From assembly GCA_963849325.1 (NCBI GenBank), contig CAWKHF010000005.1, forward strand, positions 384,001 to 448,000: a stretch of DNA of 64,000 nt, in the 5' to 3' direction. Both the position numbers and the translations under genes were made by a program. The notes below the pieces were generated by a model, which saw only the letters and a program-made list of their open reading frames with translations, did not search any database and was not told where the DNA came from. This DNA comes from an uncultured Planctomycetota bacterium. Lineage in GTDB: Bacteria; Planctomycetota; Planctomycetia; Gemmatales; Gemmataceae. Below are positions 1 to 15,381 of this stretch, in pieces (the stretch's first letter is position 1; every line of letters starts with the position of its first letter).

Positions 1-1497
1 CCTCCTCCTGAGCGTAGCCGGTCAGGGCGACCAGCAGCACCGCGTTTCCCAGCGTCGCTCGGACCTGCCGTGCCACCTCGCAGCCGTCCAGGCCAGGCAA
101 GCCCAGGTCGATGAGGACCACCTGCGGCCGGACGGCCAGGGCGCGTTCGACACCCTCCGGGCCGGTCGCCGCCGTCTCGGTGCGATGGCCAAGCATCTTC
201 AGCAGCGTGGCCAGCGTGTCCCGCGCGTCGGCGTTGTCCTCGACGATGAGAATGTGACAGGCCGGCGCGACGGGCGGGGCGATGTCGAGCGGCTCCTGGG
301 ATCCAGCGGAAGGCGGCGCCGAAGGCTGGGCCGACGCCACCGGCAGACGCACCACGAATTCGCTGCCCTGGCCCGGCCCTTCGCTGTGAGCGCTGACTCG
401 ACCGCCGTGCAGCTCGACCAGCTGACGCACCAGCGTCAAGCCGATGCCCAGGCCGCCCTGCGCGCGGTCCAGCGATCGGCCCACCTGGGTGAACAGGTCG
501 AAAATGCGGCCGAGCATGTCCGCCTCGATGCCGACGCCGTTGTCGCGTACGCGCAGCACCGCCTCCTCGCCCTCGCGGCCGACCGTCAGGTGGATTTGCC
601 CGCCGCGTTCGGTGTACTTGCCGGCGTTGCCGAGTAGGTTGACGAGCACCTGCACCACGCGCGCCTCGTCGGCCTCCAGGTAGACCGGCTCGGCGGGCAG
701 CTCAACCGAGAGACGATGTTCCTGCGACTCGAACAGCGGCCGAACCGTCTGCACGGCCTGCGTCACCACCTGGCCGACGTCGAAGACCGTCCGCCGCAGC
801 TCCAGCTTGCCGCGAACGATGCGCGTCAGGTCGAGCAGGTCGTCGATCAGGCGCACCATGTACTTGACCTGGCGCTGCATGATCTCGCGGGCCTGAAGGA
901 GACGCGCGTCGGACAGGCCGGTCAGCCGAAACAGTTCCAGCGACGTCAGGATGGGGGCCAGCGGATTGCGCAGCTCGTGGGCCAGCATGGCCAAAAACTC
1001 GTCCTTGCGCTGGTCGGCCTCCTTCAGCGCCTCGGCCTGCTCGCGGAGCGACGCTTCGCTCTGCCGCGCGAAGGCGCTGACGCTGACGGTGATGGCCTCG
1101 TCGAGGGCCAGGCTGATCGCCATGACCTCGCGGAAGTGCAGCGGACGATCCAGCGTCTCTTCGAGGTACTCGAAGAGAACGAGCCGGAGGATCTGGTAAT
1201 CGCGCACCACCTCGGGCAGCGACCAGCCGACTTCCCAGCGCTGTTCGCCGTGTTCGCGCGCGGGGCATGGTGCGGCGCCCCGTTGCTGCCGATGCTCTCG
1301 GCCAGGGTTTGCCCCAGAGTGTGGAGCAAGTGGGTCAAATCGTCCAGAAGGGTCTGATGGTGAGCGCGGGCGGCGTGGGGCTGTTCCTCAACGGCCCGCC
1401 GCGCCCAACGTTCGAGGAGGATGCCGGCATCACGTTGGATCAGCAGACCGACCTCCCGGTGTTGCTCGGAACGAAGCATTCGCGGATCGAGGTTCAT
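1..1497 (-). CDS. Hybrid sensor histidine kinase/response regulator (RsbRD_N-like N-terminus, HisKA, HATPase, receiver); 3' end outside window; frameshifted
   Basis: Manual translation of the minus strand: FLAMLAHELRNPLAPI (H-box), NLLGNAGKYT, DNGVGI, GGLGIGL, receiver ILIVEDNAD...LIDLGLPGLDG; frameshifts near 1262 and 385. Confidence 0.9.
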
Positions 1498-1644
1498 ACC
1501 GGTATCCTGGCGCCGTTGCCTGAGGGATCGAGTCCCGTGCGAATCCACGGTGGGGAGATTATAGCAGGCCGCGAACGAATCTGTCCACCGCTCCGTTCGA
1601 CGGGCGAGCGTTCCTCGGCCGCGTCTCGAAGGACGACGACGCGG

Positions 1645-2403
1645 TTAGTTCGGCGGCGTCTCCAGCACGCGCCGCCAGCGCCGCAGCACCTCCGCGAAGG
1701 CGGCGCCGTACGTCGCTTCCAGCGGGACCGTGACGGCCTTCTCCGGCGCCAAAAAGAGCGGCATGTCGGCGAGGCTGTCGCCGACTCGAAACGGCACGAC
1801 GTAGGCCCGCACCGTCAGCCCGGATTCGTAAGCGGCCAGTGTCAACGGCTTGTCATCCGGGGCGGCCTGTTCCTCGCCGGCGATCTCCTGCCAGATCTCG
1901 TTATGAATGCCCTGCGGGTCGCGTCGTCCCGGCGGATGCGGATCGAGGATGAGCAGATGGATGCGGTTGTCGAGCAGCTCGGCCGCTTTCTGGACGAACG
2001 CTCGCAGGGCATTGCGGCCGGCCTTGTTGCTCGGCGACACGATTTCGATCATGGCCACGATGCGGTCGCCGCTGACGTGACGAACCGCGATGCTATTCTG
2101 TTTGCGGCGATAGAACGCCATGTCGGTCTCGGCGGTCGGCTGTAACTTCGGGGAAGCGAGCAGGACGCCGCCGCCGGAGGGTGAGGCATCGCCATCGGTC
2201 CCGTCGCCGTCGTCGTCACCCTCGGACTTGCCCTGGAGAGTCAGCACGTCGGGTCCGAAGCCAGCCGCGTGTTGCTCCGCCAGGGCGTAGTAGTCGGCCG
2301 GAAGAACGCCTTGATTCAAGGTTCGCGCGATTTCCGTGATCCAATCGTGATGGAAATGGTGAAAGATCCCCGCTTTGACGCGCGTCCAGTCGTGCATGGG
2401 CAT
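1645..2403 (-). CDS. DUF4058 family protein (PD-(D/E)XK-like, expanded in Planctomycetes)
   Basis: MPMHDWTRV..GIFHHFH, IEIVSPSNK, LADMPLFL motifs typical of the family. Confidence 0.8.
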   Translation of the reverse strand: MPMHDWTRVKAGIFHHFHHDWITEIARTLNQGVLPADYYALAEQHAAGFGPDVLTLQGKSEGDDDGDGTDGDASPSGGGVLLASPKLQPTAETDMAFYRRKQNSIAVRHVSGDRIVAMIEIVSPSNKAGRNALRAFVQKAAELLDNRIHLLILDPHPPGRRDPQGIHNEIWQEIAGEEQAAPDDKPLTLAAYESGLTVRAYVVPFRVGDSLADMPLFLAPEKAVTVPLEATYGAAFAEVLRRWRRVLETPPN

Positions 2404-2481
2404 GGTTGGCTCTCCGTGTTCAGCCCTCAGGATCACTCGAGGTTTATTATAGCCGGCGCGGTGGACACGACACATCCGCCG

Positions 2482-2568
2482 CGAAGACTCAGTGCAGCGG
2501 CTTGGCGTCCGCCTTGAGCAACTCCGCCGCCTCTTGCCGCAGCCGTTGGTAGAGCAAACAATCCTCCC
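2482..2568 (-). pseudogene. Orphan 3' remnant paralogous to the kinase-WD40-TPR gene end
   Basis: Encodes CLLYQRLRQEAAELLKADAKPLH* versus CLLYRRLRQEAAELLTTDSKPMR* at ~4503-4580. Confidence 0.6.
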
Positions 2569-2868
2569 GGCTCGCCTTACGCGCGGTTCGGTCGTCGTTC
2601 ACCGCGCGTTCCGGACGCCCTTGCGGTCTTTCGTTGCCGGCCGTCCCTTCTGCTTTCGCTTTTTCCGTTTGCGAACCTTGTCCACGGCCGCCTTTTCGGC
2701 CGGATTCGTGATCGGTTCGGCCCGGACGCGCTGTAAAGGCGCGAGACTGGGTGGCCGGAATGTTTTTTTGGACATCGTTCACTCCTCTGGCTCAAGCACG
2801 GGAAAGAGGTGCTCTCCCTTCAAGACGTCGCCGCCGCCACGCGGAAGGCGAATCAAAGGAAGCGAATC

Positions 2869-4407
2869 AAAGGTGTCAGGAACGAATGGCGTTCGGTTAA
2901 GCCGCATCTTCTTGTGGTGGTGACGTTTGATGCAACAATCTCTCGCGTAGCACGGCTCGTGGCTTATTCATCAGATCGTAGGGTTTGGGCCGACGTTTCT
3001 TCACACGCGGTTCCACGCGACCGGGACGACACGGTATTACCCGCAACCGTGGCAATTCCTCGCCACGCCGCGCTTCCCGCAACCATCGCCACGCATCCGC
3101 GAAGCTAATACGATCCGGATCCACCTCTTGCCGCCGCGCTGCCTCCAACATCACCCGACGCACCAGATTATACACCAACACGAAGACCAACATTTCCTTC
3201 CACACACCACGCCAAGTCTCACAACGCAGCACATCCGATGCCAGCGTTTGCTTCAGGTGACGCAGATTGACTTCCACGCCCCAACGCTTCTCGTACAGCC
3301 GCGCCAACACCTCCGGCGGATAACGCCGTCGATCCAACAGCGTCGTCACCAGCGTCAACTCCCTCACTCGGCAACTCGGCGTCCGGATCGACACACGCAC
3401 CTCACGGACCACCAGCGACGACGGCAACGCGTCGTACTCCTGGCTGTTCATCCACGACGGACACTCGGCCGGCTTGAAGTACTCGACGAGTTGGTCGTCG
3501 CGGCCCAGCCGCCGCAGCCAGCGCGACCGCGGCAAGCCGGCTTCTGCCTTACGGGGCTGGCGGTCCGGCGGCAGGTGCGCCCGCCGCGGCTTGAAGGAGA
3601 TGATCAGACACTGATGGGCACGAAAGAGGCCGAAAACGCCACGTTTATGCCGCATCGCCAGGTGAGCATAGGAGCAGAAAGCGCGATCGCCGGCCACCAC
3701 GTCGCCGGCCCGCAGGCCGCGATGGGTCCAGGCCAGATCGGCCAGGTCGTGCGTCCGCAACGGTCCCGGCATGGCGTTGATCAGATAGCCGGTGTAGGCG
3801 TGGAACTGCACCAGCAGGTGGGCCGTCGGGAAGCCGCAACCTTCGGCCTGCTGGCCGCTCTGGCCGAAGGCGGCACGCAAGTCGGGCGTGTCCGGCATGG
3901 AGAAACTGGAACCATCGAGGAAAAAGACGCGATGACCATGCCACAAGGCGCGCGGGTCGTCGTCGGCGTAGCGGCGGCAGCGGTCGAGGACGGCGGCGTC
4001 CAGTCGTTGGAAGAAGGGCAGGGGCAGGCGTTGGCGGGCCTCGCAGTAGGAGGAGTCCGCGAAGGAAAGCTTGGCGAGGCGGCGGAGTTCGGGGACCGAG
4101 GTGTTGCCTTCGAGGATTTGGCGGATGAACAGGTGGGTGGTGACCAGGGGAGTCAGCCGACGCTGACGTCCGCCCAGACGGAGCGTTCGTGCTGAGGGAA
4201 TGGATGAGGGGGGCATCGATCCATTGGGCGGTAGCACCCTTGATGCGTTGGAGGGCTTGCGACATACTAAGCATGGTGGCCTCCTGAGATGATGAGGTCT
4301 GGACAACTCCATCATGGCAGGAGGCTGCCGCCTTTCCAAGATCGTCAGAAGTTCAAGCAGCGAAAGAGGCTACGCTTAACCGAACGCCATTCGTTCCTGA
4401 CACCTTT
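2869..4407 (-). mobile_element. IS4-family insertion sequence bounded by 34-bp perfect inverted repeats
   Basis: AAAGGTGTCAGGAACGAATGGCGTTCGGTTAAGC at 2869-2902 is the exact reverse complement of 4374-4407; encloses a DDE transposase. Confidence 0.88.
2897..4274 (-). CDS. IS4-family DDE transposase (one frameshift near 4190)
   Basis: FFLDGSSF, GDRAFCSY and the YEKRWGVEVNLRHLK (YREK) signature; EPRVKKRRPKPY C-terminus. Confidence 0.9.
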
Positions 4408-4502
4408 TTTCCCTCTTTTTGACCTTAAAAGGTTCCTGACACCTTTTTTCCCTCCTTTTTTTCCTATCCTAATTTACGCTGTCCCTTTTCTCCTACGAAG
4501 AC

Positions 4503-10196
<5,694 letters not shown>

Positions 10197-10335
10197 GAGC
10201 GGCCCCTGGCAATCCCCTGGGAGCACGACGCATTTCCGCATCCTACCTCGCGCGGACGGCGGGAGCAAGATGCTGGTCCTCGACCGTTTCGCCATTCCGT
10301 CTTGTGCGTCCGCGCCGGGACGGTACGCTGGGAGC

Positions 10336-10869
10336 ATGAACGCGGCGTCCTCGCTCTCGGGTCCACGCATTCTCGGCCTCGATCCCGGCCTGCAAGTGAC
10401 CGGCTATGCCGTCCTCGAAGCGCGCGACGGTACGCCGCGCGTCTGCGAGGCCGGCGTCATCCGCAGCGCCGAGTCGCGCGAAACAACGGACATGGCCCCG
10501 CGCGTTCGACATCTGTACGATGGTATAGTAGAAGTGCTGGAACAGTATAGACCCGGCGTGGTCGTGATCGAGCAGCTTTTCGCCCATTACGAGCATCCGC
10601 GAACGGCGATCCTGATGGCGCACGCCCGCGGCGTGATGTTCCTGGCGGCGGCGCAGCGCGATCTGCCCGTGGTCAGCTACAACGCCACGCGCATCAAGAA
10701 GACGATCACCGGCAGCGGCCGCGCCTCCAAGGAGCAAGTGCAGCGGACCATCCAGCGCGAGCTGGGCTTGGCTGAGCTGCCGGAGCCGCCCGACGTGGCC
10801 GACGCCCTGGCCGCCGCCCTGTGCCATTACCACGCCGTCAAACTGCCGGCTACCGAGCCGAGAGCGTAA
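10336..10869 (+). CDS. ruvC: Holliday junction resolvase RuvC
   Basis: ILGLDPG, VVIEQLF, GSGRASKEQV, DVADALAAALCH. Confidence 0.95.
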   Translation: MNAASSLSGPRILGLDPGLQVTGYAVLEARDGTPRVCEAGVIRSAESRETTDMAPRVRHLYDGIVEVLEQYRPGVVVIEQLFAHYEHPRTAILMAHARGVMFLAAAQRDLPVVSYNATRIKKTITGSGRASKEQVQRTIQRELGLAELPEPPDVADALAAALCHYHAVKLPATEPRA

Positions 10870-10886
10870 GCGACCGGAGGAGATTC

Positions 10887-11528
10887 ATGATTACCAAGAT
10901 CACCGGCGTACTCAACCGCGTACTCGATGAGGAAGTGCGCCTGCAGGTGGGCGCCCTGGAGTATCAGGTGCTGGTGCCGGAGTTCATTCGTCGCCGCGTC
11001 CAGGGCGGCATCGGACGCGAGATGACCCTGCACACCAGCCATTACCTCGACGGCAATCCCATGCAGGGCCGCGTCGTGCCGCGGTTGATCGGCTTCACCA
11101 GCGAGGCGGAGCTGGATTTCTTCGAGCTGTTTTGCACCGTGGACAAGGTCGGCACGCGCAAGGCGCTCAAGGCGATGGTGCGGCCGATCAAGGAGATCGC
11201 CGACGCCATCCAGCGGCAGGACAGCAAATGGCTGACGACGCTGCCCGGCGTCGGCGCCGCCACGGCCGAGCAGATCATCGCCACGCTGCGCCGCAAGGTG
11301 ACGAAATACGCCCTCATGACGCCCGCCGGCGAGGAGACGCCCGAAGGCGCCGCGGCGTCGCCCGCCACCGTGGTGGACGGCAACGTCATGGAGGACGTGT
11401 ACCAGGCGCTGATGAGCGTCGGCCACAGCCCGCAGGAGGCGCGCAATCGCCTCGACAAGGTGCTGTCCACCGGCCGCTCGTTCACGTCGGTGGAAGAGGT
11501 GCTGCTGGAGATTTACAAGGGAGAATAA
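10887..11528 (+). CDS. ruvA: Holliday junction branch migration protein RuvA
   Basis: MITKITG, HhH motifs VDKVGTRKAL and LPGVGAATAEQI; between ruvC and ruvB. Confidence 0.92.
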   Translation: MITKITGVLNRVLDEEVRLQVGALEYQVLVPEFIRRRVQGGIGREMTLHTSHYLDGNPMQGRVVPRLIGFTSEAELDFFELFCTVDKVGTRKALKAMVRPIKEIADAIQRQDSKWLTTLPGVGAATAEQIIATLRRKVTKYALMTPAGEETPEGAAASPATVVDGNVMEDVYQALMSVGHSPQEARNRLDKVLSTGRSFTSVEEVLLEIYKGE

Positions 11529-11533
11529 TCTTG

Positions 11534-11596
11534 GGCGAGCGGGGGGCGTCAGCCCCCTGTTGAGAAGCAACAGGGGGCTGACGCCCCCCGCTCGCC
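11534..11596. repeat. REP-like palindrome family A (copy 1; copy 2 at 60302-60361)
   Basis: 29-bp arms GGCGAGCGGGGGGCGTCAGCCCCCTGTTG with reverse complement. Confidence 0.85.
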
Positions 11597-11620
11597 GGGA
11601 TGCGTTATCGAGGTCCATTC

Positions 11621-12659
11621 ATGGCACGTCAAGCCATCGTACAAGGTAACGGCGACGAGGAATCGCGGCAGCGCGACGCAGCGCTGCGGCCGCGCTGGCT
11701 GCGCGAGGTCATCGGCCAGAAGGCCGTCGTGCAGCGGCTGAACATCGTCCTCAACGCCTGCAAGAAACTCAAGGAGCCGCTGTCGCACATCCTCTTCGAC
11801 GGCCCGCCCGGCCTGGGCAAGACGACCTTCGCCACCGTCCTGCCCAACGAGCTGGGCACGGCGATCCAGATGACCAGCGGGCCCGCCCTGGCCAAGCCGG
11901 CCGACCTGCTGCCGTTCCTGACCAACCTCGAAGAAGGCTCCATCCTGTTCATCGACGAGATCCACCGGCTGCCGCGCGTGGTCGAGGAGTTCATCTATCC
12001 GGCGATGGAGGACTTCCGCCTCGACATCGTGCTCGGCGAAGGCATGAACGCCCGTACCATCAATTTGCGTCTCAAGCCGTTCACGCTGATCGGCGCCACC
12101 ACGCGCAGCGGCATGTTGTCCGGCCCGATGCGCGACCGCTTCAAGATGCACGAGCACCTGGAGTTCTACACGGTCGAGGAGCTGGCCGAGATCGTGCCGC
12201 ATCAACGCCCGCAAGCTGCAGACGAGGATCGCGGACGACGCGGCCATCGAGTTGGCCCGCCGCAGCCGGGGTACGCCGCGCGTCGCCAACGCGCGCCTGT
12301 GGTGGACGCGCCATTTCGCCACCAGCGAGGCCGACGGCCACATTACCTTCGACATCGCCCGCGCCGCCCTGGACATGGCCGAGGTGGATCGGGAAGGGCT
12401 GGACAAGCAGGATCGCCGCTATCTGGAACTGCTGGTCGGCGTCCACAACGGCGGCCCGGCCGGCGTCGAATCGCTGGCCGCCAGCATGACGCTGCCGGTC
12501 GATACCCTCAGCGACGAGATCGAGCCGTATCTGCTGCGCGAGCAGTTCATCCTGCGGACGTCGCGCGGCCGGACGGCCACGCCACGGGCCTATCAGGTCC
12601 TCGGCCGGCCCATGAAACCCGAGCCGCCGGAAGACCGTCAACCGGGCCTGTTCGATTAA
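11621..12659 (+). CDS. ruvB: Holliday junction DNA helicase RuvB (frameshift ~12198)
   Basis: [51 protein letters not shown]. Confidence 0.95.
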
Positions 12660-12664
12660 GGTCT

Positions 12665-12718
12665 GAGCCGCGACCGTCAGGGAGCGGTGCGTTCTCCGCT
12701 CCCTGACGGTCGCGGCTC
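12665..12718. repeat. REP-like palindrome / possible terminator after ruvB
   Basis: 23-bp arms GAGCCGCGACCGTCAGGGAGCGG and CCGCTCCCTGACGGTCGCGGCTC. Confidence 0.8.
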
Positions 12719-12925
12719 GGAGGGGCGGAGCGTCAGCTGCAATCCTCGAAAGAAACGAGCCGTGATCTCGTTATGTCGCACTCTTCACCTATTCGCAAGT
12801 ACAGTTCTGATCGAAAAAACCACAGTTACCCCCTGTCATTATCTTCGCAATCGATATAAATTACCCAGCTTCAAGAGTCGGTGTCTCTTTCCCAGCACGG
12901 CGCGCCGTATGCAAGAGGAAAAGGG

Positions 12926-13513
12926 ATGCCAGGTTTTAGTAGAAGAATCGCCCAACATGGCACCCGATGGTTATTCCTCCTAGAAGAGAGACTCGGATGT
13001 CCCGCACCCTGCGAGTACTTTTCCGCCGCGACCCCTTCCCGCGATCGTGCGGAAGACCAAATTCGGTATGAAGGATATGACTTTCTTTGGCCCGACGGCC
13101 GGCCCGCCGCCGTGGGACTGACCGCGTTGTGTACGCACGGTCAGCGACTGCTCGGCCTGGGTCGTCATCTGGCCGGCGCCCGCGAACGCCTGGTGGATCT
13201 GATCGTTTTTCCACTGCCCGACCGCGAGGCGTCGTTGACGCGCTTGCCCGGTCATCGCGTCCGCCGTTTCTTCCTCCAACGCGACGGCCGACAAGGTCGG
13301 CTCCACTTCCTCGACGGCACGCCCACCACCGTCGTCTTCGACCTCGACCGCGATGAAGCTCCGGTCCTGCACTGGATCGGCCTGCCGGCCCTGGACGACG
13401 GCGAAAGGGAGTGGTTCGATCTGGCCGCTCGTCCCGTCGAATTGGCCGCGCCCGCGCTGCGAAGCTCTACCCCGGTCCTGGGCATTCCTTCCGTGGCCCA
13501 CGATACCGTTTAG
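12926..13513 (+). CDS. Hypothetical protein
   Basis: Plausible 195-aa ORF after an AT-rich intergenic region, convergent with moaA. Confidence 0.6.
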   Translation: MPGFSRRIAQHGTRWLFLLEERLGCPAPCEYFSAATPSRDRAEDQIRYEGYDFLWPDGRPAAVGLTALCTHGQRLLGLGRHLAGARERLVDLIVFPLPDREASLTRLPGHRVRRFFLQRDGRQGRLHFLDGTPTTVVFDLDRDEAPVLHWIGLPALDDGEREWFDLAARPVELAAPALRSSTPVLGIPSVAHDTV

Positions 13514-13530
13514 CCGCGAGGCGACACGGC

Positions 13531-14513
13531 TCATCCGCCGATGGCGTGCATGGTGCGTAACGGCTTGATGAACCGCGCCGTGTTGATCTCGTGCCCCTCC
13601 CACTTGTCGTACACGTTCTGACGGATCACCTCGGCCAGGCGCGCGTCGTCCGGCCGGCCGCGCAGCAGCGGTTTGACGTCCGCCTCGTTCAGCGCGAACA
13701 GACAGTTACGCAGCTTGCCGTCGGAGGTCAGGCGCAGACGGTTGCAGCTCATGCAGAACGGCCGCGACACCGAAGCGATGATGCCGACCTTGCCGCCGCC
13801 GTCGCTGTACTGAAAATCCATGGCCGGCGCGCGCGGGTCGTAGTCGTCGGCCGGAACCAGCGGGCCTACCTCGCGCTCGATCTGTTCGAGGATCTCGTGG
13901 GCGAAGTAGACCTTGCCGCGCTCCCATTCGGCGGCGCCGATCGGCATGTACTCGATGAAGCGCATCTCCAGGCCGTGCTCTCGGGCATAACGAGCCAGCG
14001 GCACCACGTCGGCATCGGTCAGTCCGCGGATGCTGACGGCGTTGATCTTGATGGGACGGAAGCCGACGCTGCTTGGCCGCCTCAATGCCGGCCAGCACTT
14101 GCTCCAGCCCGTCGCGGCGGCTGACGTCGCGGAAACGGCCGCGGATCGAGCGTGTCGAGGCTGACGTTGATGCGGCGCAGCCCGGCGTCGAAGAGCGCCT
14201 GCGCCTGGCTCGCCAACAAGAGTCCGTTGGTGGTCAGGCCGACGTCGCGGATGCCGGGTACGTCGGCCAGCATGCGCACCAGGCGCGGCAGGTCGCGCCG
14301 CAGCAGCGGTTCGCCGCCGGTCAGCCGGATTTTGTCGATGCCCAGGGGTGCGGCCACGCGGACGAAGTGCGTCATCTCCTCGAAGGTGAGTAGTTCGGCG
14401 CGATCCAGGAAGACGACGTCTTCGGGCATGCAGTAGGTGCAGCGGAGGTTGCAGCGATCGGTGACGCTGATGCGCAGGTTGTTGTGAGTACGCCCAAAGG
14501 TGTCAGTCAGCAT
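13531..14513 (-). CDS. moaA: GTP 3',8-cyclase MoaA (frameshifts ~14070-14145)
   Basis: [42 protein letters not shown]-terminal IGG. Confidence 0.95.
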
Positions 14514-14618
14514 GGGGCCGCGCATCCGGGGTCCGTGGGGTTCAAGACGACTCGTATTAGTGTAGCAGAAAGGCTGGCCGCTTGTGCCGTCTCAGCCGCC
14601 CGAGTTCCGAAGGGATTC

Positions 14619-14969
14619 TCACGGCAGTCCCAGCGCTACTTTCAGGCAATCGTTGAGCTTTTGTGTCATGGCCGCCGAGAGCGATCCCAGCACCTGGGCG
14701 ATGGTGTCCGCGTACACGGTCACGAGCAACAGGCAGGACACGACGGAATCACGGACCAGTCCTGTAGCCTTTCCGTCGGGTGTATTCGTGTCGATGAACA
14801 GACAGGCGGGATTGCCCGCCATCGTCAGGTTCTTCGTGACCTCGGCAACGACGATGGTACTGACGGCTCCCGCATACGCATCGGACTGCACGACCACGGC
14901 CGGCCGCTTCTTCCCGCGCAGCCCCGACGGATGCGGGAAGCGGACCAGGACAATGTCGCCTCGGTTCAT
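14619..14969 (-). CDS. mazF: PemK/MazF family toxin
   Basis: MNRGDIVLVRFP...KKRPAVVVQ. Confidence 0.85.
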   Translation of the reverse strand: MNRGDIVLVRFPHPSGLRGKKRPAVVVQSDAYAGAVSTIVVAEVTKNLTMAGNPACLFIDTNTPDGKATGLVRDSVVSCLLLVTVYADTIAQVLGSLSAAMTQKLNDCLKVALGLP

Positions 14970-15217
14970 GGTTTCTCCGGGACATCGTCGTACTCGTTCA
15001 TGTCCTCCCAACCCGCGTGCTTGCCCGCCTCCCAGGCCAGATCGTGAAGCTCCTCGCGCGTCCACGAACTGTCGTCGTACTCCTCCTCCTTTAGACGCTC
15101 GTATTCGTCAACGCGGAGCAAGACGAACGTCTCCTTGGTCCGGGGATTCACGAGGCGCGGCGGGGCGGCTTCGGAGTTCTCCAGCGCTCGCATTTGTTGT
15201 TCGGTCAGTTCGATCAT
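14966..15217 (-). CDS. Putative antitoxin (acidic, overlaps the toxin start)
   Basis: 83-aa acidic ORF with ATGA overlap immediately upstream of the toxin. Confidence 0.7.
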   Translation of the reverse strand: MIELTEQQMRALENSEAAPPRLVNPRTKETFVLLRVDEYERLKEEEYDDSSWTREELHDLAWEAGKHAGWEDMNEYDDVPEKP

Positions 15218-15381
15218 GACGACCTCCTTTTCCTGCATCGTACCGCTTCCGCACCCTGCCGGCCATCGCTGGTAGATTCGTCTCCGGCGACGCGAAATCG
15301 AGCGGGGGCTTGAAATCCCCTGCCCGAACCCGCAATCTACCTGGATTACCGGGCAACCCGACTCCCGCGGAGCCGATTGCG

